Positions 8,562-17,706 of a stretch of DNA of 62,714 bases are shown here, one piece after another; positions within the stretch are counted from its first letter, which is position 1; every line of letters begins with the position of its first letter. The DNA is from a virus. Taxonomy: Duplodnaviria; Caudoviricetes. Under the pieces are notes generated by a model. That model did not search any database. It saw nothing but the letters and a program-made list of their open reading frames with translations, and was not told the origin of the DNA. The stretch is taken from the IMG/VR virus record IMGVR_UViG_3300028809_000001, positions 1-62,714 of that record, one strand, 5' to 3'. The translations under genes were made by a program, and so were the position numbers.

Positions 8562-8890
8562 CACCCGAAGCCAAACTCCGCATGGAGGTCTACCAGGAGG
8601 GCCAGCGCTCCTGGCGCGACGAGACGACCTGCCCCTACACCGACTGGCGGGCCGGCACCTGGGCCAAGGGCCGCGCCGCGGCGAAGGCACACTACGAGGC
8701 CCAGGTGGCTGCCGAGCGGCACAAGCCCCCGCCACAGGAGATGAAGTCCGCGGGCTGGACCATCCGCCGTCGCCCCTGGTCCGGCAGCATCGCGATCGAG
8801 AGCCCCGAGGGTGACGGCACCGACCTATACCCCCGGGACACTGACGTGTTTGATTACTTCGACACCCTGCTCAAGGAGAACGGCCTGTGA
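8558..8890 (+). CDS. Rmf/CrpP-fold-containing protein
   Basis: YQEG..S....CPY......W.KG resembles the ribosome modulation factor core. Confidence 0.5.
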   Translation: MTPEAKLRMEVYQEGQRSWRDETTCPYTDWRAGTWAKGRAAAKAHYEAQVAAERHKPPPQEMKSAGWTIRRRPWSGSIAIESPEGDGTDLYPRDTDVFDYFDTLLKENGL

Positions 8891-9081
8891 CCGACGACGA
8901 TAGCAGTTTCATCCGCATGGTCGTCTACTTCTGGGCGGACAAGGGAGATCCCACCCGCTACACCGACTGGGACGAGGCACGGTGCAAGCAGCTCATGCCC
9001 GAGTTCCACCGCGCGTGGAAAAAGATGTGCCGGCACCGCGCCACGCTCGACCGTATCGTCAACGAACTGTGGTTCACATGA
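8887..9081 (+). CDS. Hypothetical protein
   Basis: GTGA overlap; 64 aa. Confidence 0.6.
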   Translation: MTDDDSSFIRMVVYFWADKGDPTRYTDWDEARCKQLMPEFHRAWKKMCRHRATLDRIVNELWFT

Positions 9082-9127
9082 ACATCGAACCCACCCTCGC
9101 CGACGTGCTGCTGGAGATCGCGAACAG

Positions 9128-9511
9128 ATGAATCGCAAGTACGACACCCTGTTCGAGCGCCTCGTGGCCAACACCGAGGAACCCGAGAACGAGCGCGCGT
9201 GCTGGAACTGGAAAGGCGCGCGGCTGCCGAAGGGCTACGGCCGCGTGAACATGCGCGATGAGGCCGGCAAGCACCGCCCCCGCTACGCCCACCGCGAGAT
9301 GGAGCACTGCATGCGCGGCGAGAACGAGTTCGACCTGGACGACGATCCGCTGGGCCCGATCTTCTACGTGCCCCGGCCGCGCCTGGGCAGCGAGGAGACG
9401 CTCGATCACCTCTGCTACAACCCCGGATGCGCGAACCCTGACCACTGGGAGGAGCCGGTGAGCCGGGCCGAGAACACGCTGCGCGCGCACCAGCGCCGGT
9501 GGAGGCTCTGA
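9128..9511 (+). CDS. HNH (His-Me finger) endonuclease
   Basis: CWNWKG...GYG...YAHR...LDHLCYNPGCANPDH...EN. Confidence 0.85.
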   Translation: MNRKYDTLFERLVANTEEPENERACWNWKGARLPKGYGRVNMRDEAGKHRPRYAHREMEHCMRGENEFDLDDDPLGPIFYVPRPRLGSEETLDHLCYNPGCANPDHWEEPVSRAENTLRAHQRRWRL

Positions 9512-9882
9512 TGGGGCTCGCCCACTACGCCGCCCGCGCCAACGGCGTGTCGCGCCAGCGGCTGCTGGCCGGTGACACCCCAGCCTGGATCGCGAACAAC
9601 AAGCGCGCCCGATACATCGTGTCCGTGGTGTTGTCCGCGCCGCCGTGGGTTGACCGCAAGGCGCTGCTGGCGATGAACGCGCAGGCCGCGCTGCTCACGA
9701 AGTGCACCGGCATCCTGCACGTGATGGACCACATCGTGCCGCTGAACCACCCCCGGGTGTGCGGGCTGACCGTACCCTGGAACATGCAGATCATCACGTG
9801 GCGCCAGAACGCAGCGAAGTCAAACCGCTGGTGCCCCGAGCAGATGGAACTCTTTCCCAACCAAACCGAGAGCACCCCATGA
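9511..9882 (+). CDS. HNH endonuclease
   Basis: PPW...TG..HVMDHIVPL....VCGL.VPWNMQII...N..KSN. Confidence 0.85.
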   Translation: MGLAHYAARANGVSRQRLLAGDTPAWIANNKRARYIVSVVLSAPPWVDRKALLAMNAQAALLTKCTGILHVMDHIVPLNHPRVCGLTVPWNMQIITWRQNAAKSNRWCPEQMELFPNQTESTP

Positions 9883-10184
9883 TCGAACTCGCCCTGATCG
9901 CCGCCGCTGTCGCTCTGCTCCTCGCCGAGCGCCGTCATATCCGCGTCAAGGCCGTGCAGGAGAAACTGACCGAGCAGCCCAACGAGATCGTCGTCCGCTG
10001 CGGCGACGAGATGGTGCGCTACCTGCGCGCCGATGCGGTCAAGGCTGTCATGCACGAGATGCTGCTGGCAGTGGCCGCCGCGACCGCGCGCGAGCTGATC
10101 GCCCACTTCAATCGTCGGCTTCAAGGGTTTACCCTCACTCGTCGTCCGGCAGACCGCAGTACACTCGACGCAGGGGATGAGTAG
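9879..10184 (+). CDS. Hypothetical protein with N-terminal hydrophobic anchor
   Basis: ATGA overlap; MIELALIAAAVALLLA. Confidence 0.55.
   Translation: MIELALIAAAVALLLAERRHIRVKAVQEKLTEQPNEIVVRCGDEMVRYLRADAVKAVMHEMLLAVAAATARELIAHFNRRLQGFTLTRRPADRSTLDAGDE
10124..10165 (+). promoter_or_regulatory. Putative promoter for the replication operon
   Basis: AGGGTTTACCCT at 10124; GCAGTACA; TACACT at 10160 (+36). Confidence 0.75.
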
Positions 10185-10237
10185 TCCTGATAGACTGCGC
10201 AGCCCTGAACCACCTAACCAGATTCCAAGGTAACCAG

Positions 10238-10447
10238 ATGCTCAAGCTCACCGCCCTGTGGCACAGAATGAAAACGCCCAGCTATATCGGCCGCGTCAAG
10301 CGGCTCCTCGACACGGCGCAGCACGAGCTGCTCGACTACGAGGAGCAGGCCGAGAACGCCAAGGCTGCGATCAGCGCCACGAAGCTCCGAATCAACCGTC
10401 TCAAGAAAGAACTGAAATCCCATGGACATCACCATCCGTCTGCCTGA
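10238..10447 (+). CDS. Small coiled-coil protein
   Basis: 69-aa helical ORF. Confidence 0.55.
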   Translation: MLKLTALWHRMKTPSYIGRVKRLLDTAQHELLDYEEQAENAKAAISATKLRINRLKKELKSHGHHHPSA

Positions 10448-10829
10448 CGTCGCCGCCCTGGCCACCGCCATCGAGCGCCTCGCTGCCTCCAACACCGGCG
10501 GCACCCCCGTGCAGGCGGCTGTCGCCGCTGCGCCCGTCGCCTCCACCCCCGCCGTGCAAGCCCAGCCCGAACCGGCCGCCACCCCCGCACCGGCCCCGAC
10601 TCCCGTGGCGACTCCCGCACCGGCCGCCAGTTCGGACGCCATCGACGGCCCCACCCTCAAGGCCCGTATCCTGAACGCCTGCCGCGGCAACAGCGCCTTC
10701 GCGGCCGAGATGGAAGCCGCCTTCAAGAACGCCGGCTTCGAAGGCTTCGACCGGGTGCCGCCCGCCCAGTACGGTGGCCTGCTCCAGGCGGCCCAAGCCA
10801 TCGGCGCCAAGCACGGGGTGACGGTGTGA
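10422..10829 (+). CDS. Hypothetical protein with Pro/Ala-rich linker
   Basis: Architecture typical of the gene preceding DUF2800 modules. Confidence 0.7.
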   Translation: MDITIRLPDVAALATAIERLAASNTGGTPVQAAVAAAPVASTPAVQAQPEPAATPAPAPTPVATPAPAASSDAIDGPTLKARILNACRGNSAFAAEMEAAFKNAGFEGFDRVPPAQYGGLLQAAQAIGAKHGVTV

Positions 10830-11134
10830 AGTACGCACAGATCACCTTCACGGACGGCGACGAACCGGGCCACGCCCGGATCATGCTGCTGATCGGCGAC
10901 GACTCGCTGCCGCGCGACACCGAAGTGCCGTTCGATCCGGCGTCCGGCTCGCACATCATGGCCGGGTTCTTCCACAAGAACCTCAGCGCGATGATGCTGG
11001 TCGCCGACCAGATGAAGCAGACGGGCCTGCTGGAAGCGTTCGTCGGCACGCCGGCGGCCGACAGCACCCACGTGCAGACCGACGACGCGCAGCTGTCGCT
11101 GGACGGCGGCGGCGGCACGGCGCAGGAGAACTGA
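10826..11134 (+). CDS. Hypothetical protein
   Basis: GTGA overlap; 102 aa. Confidence 0.65.
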   Translation: MKYAQITFTDGDEPGHARIMLLIGDDSLPRDTEVPFDPASGSHIMAGFFHKNLSAMMLVADQMKQTGLLEAFVGTPAADSTHVQTDDAQLSLDGGGGTAQEN

Positions 11135-11135
11135 C

Positions 11136-11360
11136 ATGCCGATCACCCGCTTCGCTGGCTACACCGCGGACGCTGTCCGCGAGAAGCTGACCTCGCTCGC
11201 CAAGCAGTATGGCGGTCAGGCCAATCTGGCCGCCGAGCTGGGTGTCAGCCGCTCGCTCGTGAACGACACGATCCATGGCCGCACGCCGCCGTACCCGGCG
11301 CTGCTCGACGCGCTGGGCCTGGAGAAGACCGTGCTGTACACGCGCAAGGCCGCGCCGTGA
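11136..11360 (+). CDS. XRE-family HTH protein
   Basis: QANLAAELGVSRSLVNDTIHGRTPP...LLDALGL. Confidence 0.8.
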   Translation: MPITRFAGYTADAVREKLTSLAKQYGGQANLAAELGVSRSLVNDTIHGRTPPYPALLDALGLEKTVLYTRKAAP

Positions 11361-12634
11361 CCGAGCACGCGCACGTCTTCGGTGCCGTGGCGGCGCCGTC
11401 GTCGGCCGACCCTGTCGCCGAGGCCGCCCACGCGGTCTTGAGCGCCAGCGGTTCGGACCGGTGGCTGGCGTGCCCGGGCTCCGTCCACGCCGAGAAGATG
11501 TTCTCCGACGAGGAGACCGACTTCGCGCTGGAGGGCACCGTCGCCCACGACATCCTCTCGCTCAAGCTGGAGAAGCAGTTCGGCCTGATCACGGCCGGCG
11601 ACTTCATGCTGCGCATGCAGCCGCTCCTCAAGCACCGGCTCTACAAGCTGGAGATGGAGCGGTTCACCGACGACTGCAGGGACTTCTGCGTCGAGTTGGT
11701 GAACAAGGCCCGGGCCGAAGACCCGAACGCTGAAATCTTCATCGAGCGTCGGCTCGACTTCAGCCGCTGGGTGCCCAAAGGCTACGGCCGCGGGGACTTC
11801 GGCGTGGTCACCACCGGCTGGGCGCACTTCGTCGATTTCAAGTACGGCAAGGGCAAGCCCGTCAGCGCGATCAAGAATTCGCAGGTGCGGCTGTATGGCG
11901 GCGGGACATACTCGGCGTACTCGTGGCTGTTCCGGCTGGACAAGGTGTTCATCACCATTCACCAGCCGCGCATTGGCAACGTCGAGACCGAGGAGCTGAC
12001 GTCGGACGAGCTGCTCGCGTGGCTCGAAGGTGAGGTCAGGCCGAAGGCCGCCCACGCCTGGAAGATCCACACCGGCGAGCTGCGGGCGACCGACGCCGAC
12101 TACACACCCGGCAAGCACTGCACGTTCTGCAAGGCGCGCGGGCCGTGCCGCAAGCGCGCCGAGTGGGCGCAGAGCGAAGCTGCCAGCCTGCCGGCGCCCG
12201 GCGTGCTCACGCCGGCCGAGATTGCAGCGCTCCTGCCGAAGGTCGGGGCTATCGCAAGCTGGGCCAGCGACGTGGAAGCCTACGCGCTGGAGCAGGCCAC
12301 GAGCGCGGGCGTGAAGTACCCGGGGTTCAAACTCGTGGAGGGGCGCAGCAACCGCACCATCACGAACTCGATGCTGGCCGGAGAGGCACTGCGCAAGGCA
12401 GGCTACCTGGACAGCGTGACCCACAAAGAACCTGAGCTGCTCGGCATCGGCGAACTCGAAAGAGTCGTCGGTGGACGCAAGCAGTTCGACAAGATACTGG
12501 GCGGCATCGTCAAGAAGCCGCCCGGTAAGCCCACGCTGGTCTATGAAAGTGACCCGCGTGCCACCTGGACGCCGGCCAGTTCGGCGGCGTCTGACTTTGC
12601 CCAGTTCATCAAGCCTCAAGGAAACAAGCAATGA
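11357..12634 (+). CDS. DUF2800 Cas4-like PD-(D/E)xK exonuclease
   Basis: HAVLSAS...RWLACPGS; EGT.AH; D...DFKYGKG; HCTFCKA...C. Confidence 0.9.
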   Translation: MTEHAHVFGAVAAPSSADPVAEAAHAVLSASGSDRWLACPGSVHAEKMFSDEETDFALEGTVAHDILSLKLEKQFGLITAGDFMLRMQPLLKHRLYKLEMERFTDDCRDFCVELVNKARAEDPNAEIFIERRLDFSRWVPKGYGRGDFGVVTTGWAHFVDFKYGKGKPVSAIKNSQVRLYGGGTYSAYSWLFRLDKVFITIHQPRIGNVETEELTSDELLAWLEGEVRPKAAHAWKIHTGELRATDADYTPGKHCTFCKARGPCRKRAEWAQSEAASLPAPGVLTPAEIAALLPKVGAIASWASDVEAYALEQATSAGVKYPGFKLVEGRSNRTITNSMLAGEALRKAGYLDSVTHKEPELLGIGELERVVGGRKQFDKILGGIVKKPPGKPTLVYESDPRATWTPASSAASDFAQFIKPQGNKQ

Positions 12635-13263
12635 GCCAATCCATCGTCCTCGGCCCCGTCCGCACCACGTACTGCTTCGTGTGGAAGCCGCAAGAAACCG
12701 ACCGCATCGACGACAAGACCGGCGAGAAGGTGCTGCAGTACAGCACCGCCCTCCTGATCCCGAAGAATGGCGCCGACACCCAGAGCATGCTCGCCCAGAT
12801 CAATCAGGCGATCGAGGCGGCCAAGCAGGAAGGCGCCCGCACCAAGTGGGGTGGCACCATCCCTCCGGGCCTGAAGCTCCCCCTGCGCGACGGCGACAGT
12901 GCGAACGACAAGAAGTCCGCCGACAAGAACTACAACGGCCACTGGTTCCTGAACGCCACCGGCGAGAAGAAGCCCGGCCTGATCTACGAAAACGGCGACA
13001 CCATCATCGAGCCGCGCGACATGCAGTCGGGCTACTGGGTGCTGGCTTCGCTGAAGTTCTACCCGTTCAAGGCCAAGGGCAACGAAGGCGTGGCCGTCGG
13101 CCTGAACAACCTGATGCTGGTCCGCAAGGACACGGTGCTGGGCGGCGTGGCTGACGCGCAGGACGACTTCAAGAACTTCATCAAGAAGTCCGGCGCCGGC
13201 CCGGGCGACACGCCGGCTGCCGGCGGCTTTGGTGGCACCAAGGCGCCGGGGGGTTTCCTGTGA
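12631..13263 (+). CDS. DUF2815 single-stranded DNA-binding protein
   Basis: YS..LLIPK...PLRDGD...F.NA...KP...SG...GN.GV..GLNN...D..LGG. Confidence 0.9.
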   Translation: MSQSIVLGPVRTTYCFVWKPQETDRIDDKTGEKVLQYSTALLIPKNGADTQSMLAQINQAIEAAKQEGARTKWGGTIPPGLKLPLRDGDSANDKKSADKNYNGHWFLNATGEKKPGLIYENGDTIIEPRDMQSGYWVLASLKFYPFKAKGNEGVAVGLNNLMLVRKDTVLGGVADAQDDFKNFIKKSGAGPGDTPAAGGFGGTKAPGGFL

Positions 13264-13490
13264 TCTACGAACTGAAGCTCGACGACAAGCAGCTCACCGG
13301 CATCGCGCAGCTCCTGGTCCGTGAACGCGACGCGGCCGCGGCCGTGCACCAGCTGGCTGACAGCACGCTGGCCGCGATCAACGAGCAGTGCTCTGCCCAG
13401 ACCGCGGCGGCGCAGGCCGCGGTGGCCGAGCCGCCCGTGCTGACCGACGTGGTGGATGACACGCAGCTCGTGCAGCCCGCCGAGGACTGA
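13260..13490 (+). CDS. Hypothetical protein
   Basis: GTGA overlap; 76 aa. Confidence 0.6.
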   Translation: MIYELKLDDKQLTGIAQLLVRERDAAAAVHQLADSTLAAINEQCSAQTAAAQAAVAEPPVLTDVVDDTQLVQPAED

Positions 13491-13508
13491 CCAGCAACCC
13501 GCAACAAC

Positions 13509-13533
13509 GCAGGGGCTCCGGCCCCTGCTTTTT
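13509..13533 (+). terminator. Intrinsic terminator
   Basis: GCAGGGGC-TCCG-GCCCCTGC-TTTTT. Confidence 0.85.
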
Positions 13534-13548
13534 CGAGAGGACAACCCA

Positions 13549-14019
13549 ATGGGTGAACAAGAGATCAGCACCGGCGCCATCGGCATCCGGTTCGGCTTTT
13601 CCATGACGATGGACTTCATCGCCAACACGCTGGGCGTGCCGGCCAGCAAGAAGGTCAAGAGCGCATGCTTCTGGACCGAGAGCGAGTTCAACGAGATCGC
13701 CAAGCGCCTCGTCGCGCACGTGCAGAAGGTGGCCGACGAGGGCTACGGAGAAGCGCCGCCCAAGGTCGAGCGCCCGAAGAAGGAACCGAAGACCGTGGAC
13801 CAAGCCGCCAAGCAGGCCGCCGAAGCCACTGCCGCGTTCGTGGCCACCGAACCGGTGGTGGGCTTCGGCGGTGGCGCGGTCGAGCAGACCATCGCTCCGG
13901 TCGCTGGCTTCGGCGGTGCGGCCCCGGCCGAGGAGCCCGCGCCCGCCCCGGCGGTGGGGTTCTTCGCCCCTGCGCCCGCACCGGCCGAGCCGCCCGCCCC
14001 CGGTCTGAGCTGGCTCTGA
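13549..14019 (+). CDS. Hypothetical protein with Ala/Pro-rich C-terminus
   Basis: GAGG RBS before the ATG; repeated GFGG/GFF motifs. Confidence 0.65.
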   Translation: MGEQEISTGAIGIRFGFSMTMDFIANTLGVPASKKVKSACFWTESEFNEIAKRLVAHVQKVADEGYGEAPPKVERPKKEPKTVDQAAKQAAEATAAFVATEPVVGFGGGAVEQTIAPVAGFGGAAPAEEPAPAPAVGFFAPAPAPAEPPAPGLSWL

Positions 14020-14020
14020 C

Positions 14021-14929
14021 GTGGCGGCCGATGTGATCGTCGGCGATTGCCGCGCAGCAATGCGCGGCATGCTCGAAAACTCTGTTGACGCGATCGTCAC
14101 CGACCCGCCCTACGAACTCGGCTTCATGGGCAAGAAGTGGGACAGCACCGGCGTCGCGTTCGACCCCGAGACTTGGCGCGCTGCGCTGCGCGTGCTCAAG
14201 CCGGGCGGCCACCTGCTCTCGTTCGGCGGATCGCGCACCTACCACCGCATGGCCTGTGCGATCGAGGACGCAGGCTTCGAGATCCGCGACCAGATCATGT
14301 GGATCTACGGCTCGGGCTTCCCAAAGGGGTCGAACCTCAAGCCGGCCCACGAGCCCATCGTCGTGGCGCGCAAGCCGTTCAAGGGCACCGAGCGCGACAA
14401 CGTGGCGACGCACGGCACCGGTGGGCTGATGATCGAGGCGTGCCGCATCGAGACGACCGAAAACCTCAACGGCGGGGCCTACGCGAAAAACCCTACCTCG
14501 CGCGACCAGATGTGGGGTGAGGATGCGGGCAACAGCTACCTGCGCGGCGGCGCGGGTGAGTTCGTGCAGCCGACCGGCCGCTGGCCAGCCAACCTGATCC
14601 ACGACGGCAGCGACGAGGTGCTCGCGGCGTTCCCGGACAGCAACGGCAGCGCCGCCCGGTTCTTCTACTGCGCCAAGACCAGCAAGTCCGATCGCGGCGA
14701 GGGGAACACGCACCCCACCGTGAAGCCCGCCGAACTGATGCGCTACCTCTGCCGCTTGGTGACGCCGGCCGGCGGCCTCGTGCTCGACCCCTTCATGGGC
14801 AGCGGCTCCACCGGCAAGGCCGCCGTGCTCGAAGGTCTGCGCTTCATCGGCTGCGACCTGTCGCCGGAATACGCGAGCATCGCGCGCAGTCGCATCGCAG
14901 CAGCATCTATGGAGTTCTTCTTCAAATGA
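14021..14929 (+). CDS. DNA N6-adenine/N4-cytosine methyltransferase (beta class)
   Basis: TDPPY, HPTVKP, VLDPFMGSGSTG. Confidence 0.93.
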   Translation: MAADVIVGDCRAAMRGMLENSVDAIVTDPPYELGFMGKKWDSTGVAFDPETWRAALRVLKPGGHLLSFGGSRTYHRMACAIEDAGFEIRDQIMWIYGSGFPKGSNLKPAHEPIVVARKPFKGTERDNVATHGTGGLMIEACRIETTENLNGGAYAKNPTSRDQMWGEDAGNSYLRGGAGEFVQPTGRWPANLIHDGSDEVLAAFPDSNGSAARFFYCAKTSKSDRGEGNTHPTVKPAELMRYLCRLVTPAGGLVLDPFMGSGSTGKAAVLEGLRFIGCDLSPEYASIARSRIAAASMEFFFK

Positions 14930-17130
14930 CACCACGAGTCCGGGAGCGCCGGCTCCGCGTCGACGTCGAGACGTTCAGCAGCGTCGATCTGCTGAAGTGC
15001 GGGCACCACGCCTATGTGCGGTCGCCCGACTTCCAGATCATGCTCCTGGGATACGCCTGGGACGACGAGGCGCCGGTGCTCCTGGACCTGCTGGCGGGTG
15101 ACCAGATCCCCGCCGACGTGGCGATGGCCATCTGCGAGGGCCGCGACACGCACGGCAGCCCTGTGATCTGCAAGGCGTGGCACGCAAGCTTCGAGCTGTC
15201 GTGCTTCAGCGTGCACTTCAAGCGCCGCATCTCCACGTCGCACTGGCGCTGCACCATGGTTCACGCCATGTACTGCGGCTTGCCCGCCGGCCTGCTCAAG
15301 GCGTGCGGCGCGCTCGGCCTGCCCGCCGACATCGGCAAGGCCAACACCGGCCGCGCGCTCATCCGCTACTTCTGCATCCCGTGCAAGCCGACCAAGGCGA
15401 ACGGGTTCCGCACACGCAACCTGCCCGAGCACCACCCCGAGAAGTGGGCGCTGTTCAAAGGCTACTGCGCGCAGGACGTCGTGGCCGAGGGTGGCGTGGG
15501 CGACCGCATCGCCAAGATCGAGTTCCCCGCCATCGAGCAGCGCGCCTGGGAGATGGACCAAGCGATCAACGAGCGCGGCATCCTGATCGACCAGGAGCTG
15601 GCGCGCGCCGCGGTCGACAAGGGCAAGATCCACCGCGACCGTCTCCTCGTCGAAGCTGCCCGCATCACCGGCCTGTCCAACCCGAACAGCGTGAAGCAAC
15701 TCAAGGAGTGGCTGCTCGCGGTGGAGGACGACGTCGAAGACGAGACGAGCGACGGTGAGTGGGCCCGGCTGATCAACGCGAAGCTGGACAAGAAAACCCT
15801 GATCAAGTTGCTCGCCGGCCTGAAGAACGTGCTGTTCGGCGGTGACGGGTTCGACGAGGAGGAGCTGGACGAGTTCGAACTGGACGAGGCCAAGTCCGTG
15901 CTCGCGAAGATGGAGCAGCGGGCCGCCGTCGATCCCCATCTGGGCGACGAGTTCTTCCGCCGCATGCGCCTCGTGAAGGCGGTGCGCGTGCTGCAGCTGC
16001 GCCAGGAGATCGGCAAGGCATCGGTGAAGAAGTACGACGCCATGCTGCGCGCCGTGTGCCCGGACGGGCGCGTGCGCGGAGTGCACTCGTTCTACGGCGC
16101 CAACCGCACGGGCCGCTGGGCAGGCAAGATCGTGCAAACCCAGAACATGCGCTCGAACTCGATGGCCAACCTGGACGTGGCGCGCGAGGCCATCAAGCGC
16201 TGGACCATCGAGCAGGCTGAGTTCTGGTTCGGCAACTACTCCGAGCTGCTGTCCCAGTGCGTGCGCACCGCCATCGTGGCCCCGCCCGGCAGGACGTTCG
16301 TGGTCGTCGACTTCGCCGCCATCGAAGCGGCCAAGCTCGCGTGGCTGGCCAACGAGGAGTGGCGCCTGGACGTGTTCCGCACCCACGGCAAGATCTACGA
16401 GATGTCCGCGTCGCTGTCCTTCGGCGTGCCGTTCCAGGAGTTCATTGACCACAAGGCCCGCACGGGCAAGCACCACCCGCTGCGCAAGAAGGGCAAGGTG
16501 ACCGAGCTGGCCTGTGGCTACGGTGGGTCGGTGAACGGCATGATCAACATGGGCGCGCTCGACGAGGGCCTGCAGCTGGAGGAACTCCAGCCGATGGTGG
16601 ACGCGTGGCGCGCCAAGAGCCCGAGCGTCGTGGAGATGTGGTATGCCGTCGACCGTGCGTTCAAGCGCGTGATCGGCACCCATAACCCGGTGCCCCTGCC
16701 CCAGTACAAGATCACGATCTTCTGGGAGCACGGCTCGGTGTTCATCCGGCTGCCGAGCGGCCGGCTGCTGTGCTACCTCGGCGCCACGGTGGAAGACGGC
16801 GACATCGTGTTCTGGGGCGTCGACCAGAAGACAAAGCAGTGGTCACGCCAGCGCACCTACGGCGCGCGCCTCGTCGAGAACATCGACCAGGCCAGCTCGC
16901 GCGACTGCCTGCGCGACCTGATGCTCGCGATCGAGAACGACCTGATGGACCCGTGGGGCGACATCGTCATGCACGTGCACGACGAGGTGGTGATGGAGGT
17001 GGACGTCGCCTTCGCCGAGCGGCTGATGCAGGCCACGCTCGCGAAGATGCGGCGCCCCTACGAGTGGGCCCCAGGCCTGCCGCTCAAGGGCGCCGGCGAC
17101 ATCATGCCCTTCTACTGCAAGGCCGACTGA
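14926..17130 (+). CDS. Family A DNA polymerase (SPO2/APSE-like) with 3'-5' exonuclease
   Basis: DVETFS exo I; YC.QDV exo III; RTGRW; DFAAIEA motif A; RKKGKVTELACGYG motif B; HVHDE motif C. Confidence 0.95.
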   Translation: MTPRVRERRLRVDVETFSSVDLLKCGHHAYVRSPDFQIMLLGYAWDDEAPVLLDLLAGDQIPADVAMAICEGRDTHGSPVICKAWHASFELSCFSVHFKRRISTSHWRCTMVHAMYCGLPAGLLKACGALGLPADIGKANTGRALIRYFCIPCKPTKANGFRTRNLPEHHPEKWALFKGYCAQDVVAEGGVGDRIAKIEFPAIEQRAWEMDQAINERGILIDQELARAAVDKGKIHRDRLLVEAARITGLSNPNSVKQLKEWLLAVEDDVEDETSDGEWARLINAKLDKKTLIKLLAGLKNVLFGGDGFDEEELDEFELDEAKSVLAKMEQRAAVDPHLGDEFFRRMRLVKAVRVLQLRQEIGKASVKKYDAMLRAVCPDGRVRGVHSFYGANRTGRWAGKIVQTQNMRSNSMANLDVAREAIKRWTIEQAEFWFGNYSELLSQCVRTAIVAPPGRTFVVVDFAAIEAAKLAWLANEEWRLDVFRTHGKIYEMSASLSFGVPFQEFIDHKARTGKHHPLRKKGKVTELACGYGGSVNGMINMGALDEGLQLEELQPMVDAWRAKSPSVVEMWYAVDRAFKRVIGTHNPVPLPQYKITIFWEHGSVFIRLPSGRLLCYLGATVEDGDIVFWGVDQKTKQWSRQRTYGARLVENIDQASSRDCLRDLMLAIENDLMDPWGDIVMHVHDEVVMEVDVAFAERLMQATLAKMRRPYEWAPGLPLKGAGDIMPFYCKAD

Positions 17131-17171
17131 GGGTTAACCCCGATGCGCCGCGGCGCGCATCGGACTACCCT
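17130..17171 (+). promoter_or_regulatory. Putative promoter (palindrome family)
   Basis: AGGGTTAACCCC at 17130; TACCCT at 17166 (+36). Confidence 0.6.
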
Positions 17172-17179
17172 CGACACCC

Positions 17180-17524
17180 ATGAGCACCGAAACCGCCCTG
17201 TCCACCGACGAGCTTGCCGAGCGGGCCACCGCGCTGGATTGGAGCTTGCGGCGCGAGACCGACCCCCGGATCTTGCCCAACAATTGGTTCTTCCTCTACG
17301 AGACGCTGCCGCCCTCCCAGGCCCGCCTCGTCGCGGCCTACTCGCGCTTCGCGCCGATGGGCGTGCTCGAAGCGTTCGGCGAGAAGGGCCACCGGGCGAT
17401 CGTTGATCGGCTCACCGCAGCCATGCACCGCATCTACCTGAAGGGCTGCGAGGACGCGAAGTGGCGGTTCTGGGCGATGGAATACTACCGCCGCCTGCGC
17501 TTCATCCTCTCGCTGGAAAGCTGA
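17180..17524 (+). CDS. Hypothetical protein
   Basis: 114 aa, directly after the promoter. Confidence 0.6.
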   Translation: MSTETALSTDELAERATALDWSLRRETDPRILPNNWFFLYETLPPSQARLVAAYSRFAPMGVLEAFGEKGHRAIVDRLTAAMHRIYLKGCEDAKWRFWAMEYYRRLRFILSLES

Positions 17525-17706
17525 TGCTGGAGTACACGCTGTTCGCCGTGGGCGGCCTTGTGCTGCTGGCCTTGGCCCGGCACTACGACGGCACGGCGAG
17601 CCGCGCGTCCAGGGACTGGCTGCTCCTCGTGCTGGCGGTGTGCGTGCTCGGGGGAATCCTCTGGGAGTACGTCCACAGAGGATTCGTCCTGCCGTTCACT
17701 TGGTAG
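17524..17706 (+). CDS. Small two-TM membrane protein
   Basis: TGATG coupling; two hydrophobic helices. Confidence 0.55.
   Translation: MLEYTLFAVGGLVLLALARHYDGTASRASRDWLLLVLAVCVLGGILWEYVHRGFVLPFTW

Noticed and set aside
10168-10210. Hammerhead-like GATGAG-stem in the replication operon leader
   Set aside because: Lacks the CUGANGA and GAAA core; at most a leader hairpin.
11357-12634. Cas4-like nuclease as part of a CRISPR system
   Set aside because: No array or other cas genes; standard DUF2800-DUF2815-PolA context.
2550-14929. DNA hypermodification pathway
   Set aside because: Only MazG, a kinase and one methyltransferase are present; no dpdA, purZ, thymidylate-synthase-like or glycosyltransferase genes were recognised.
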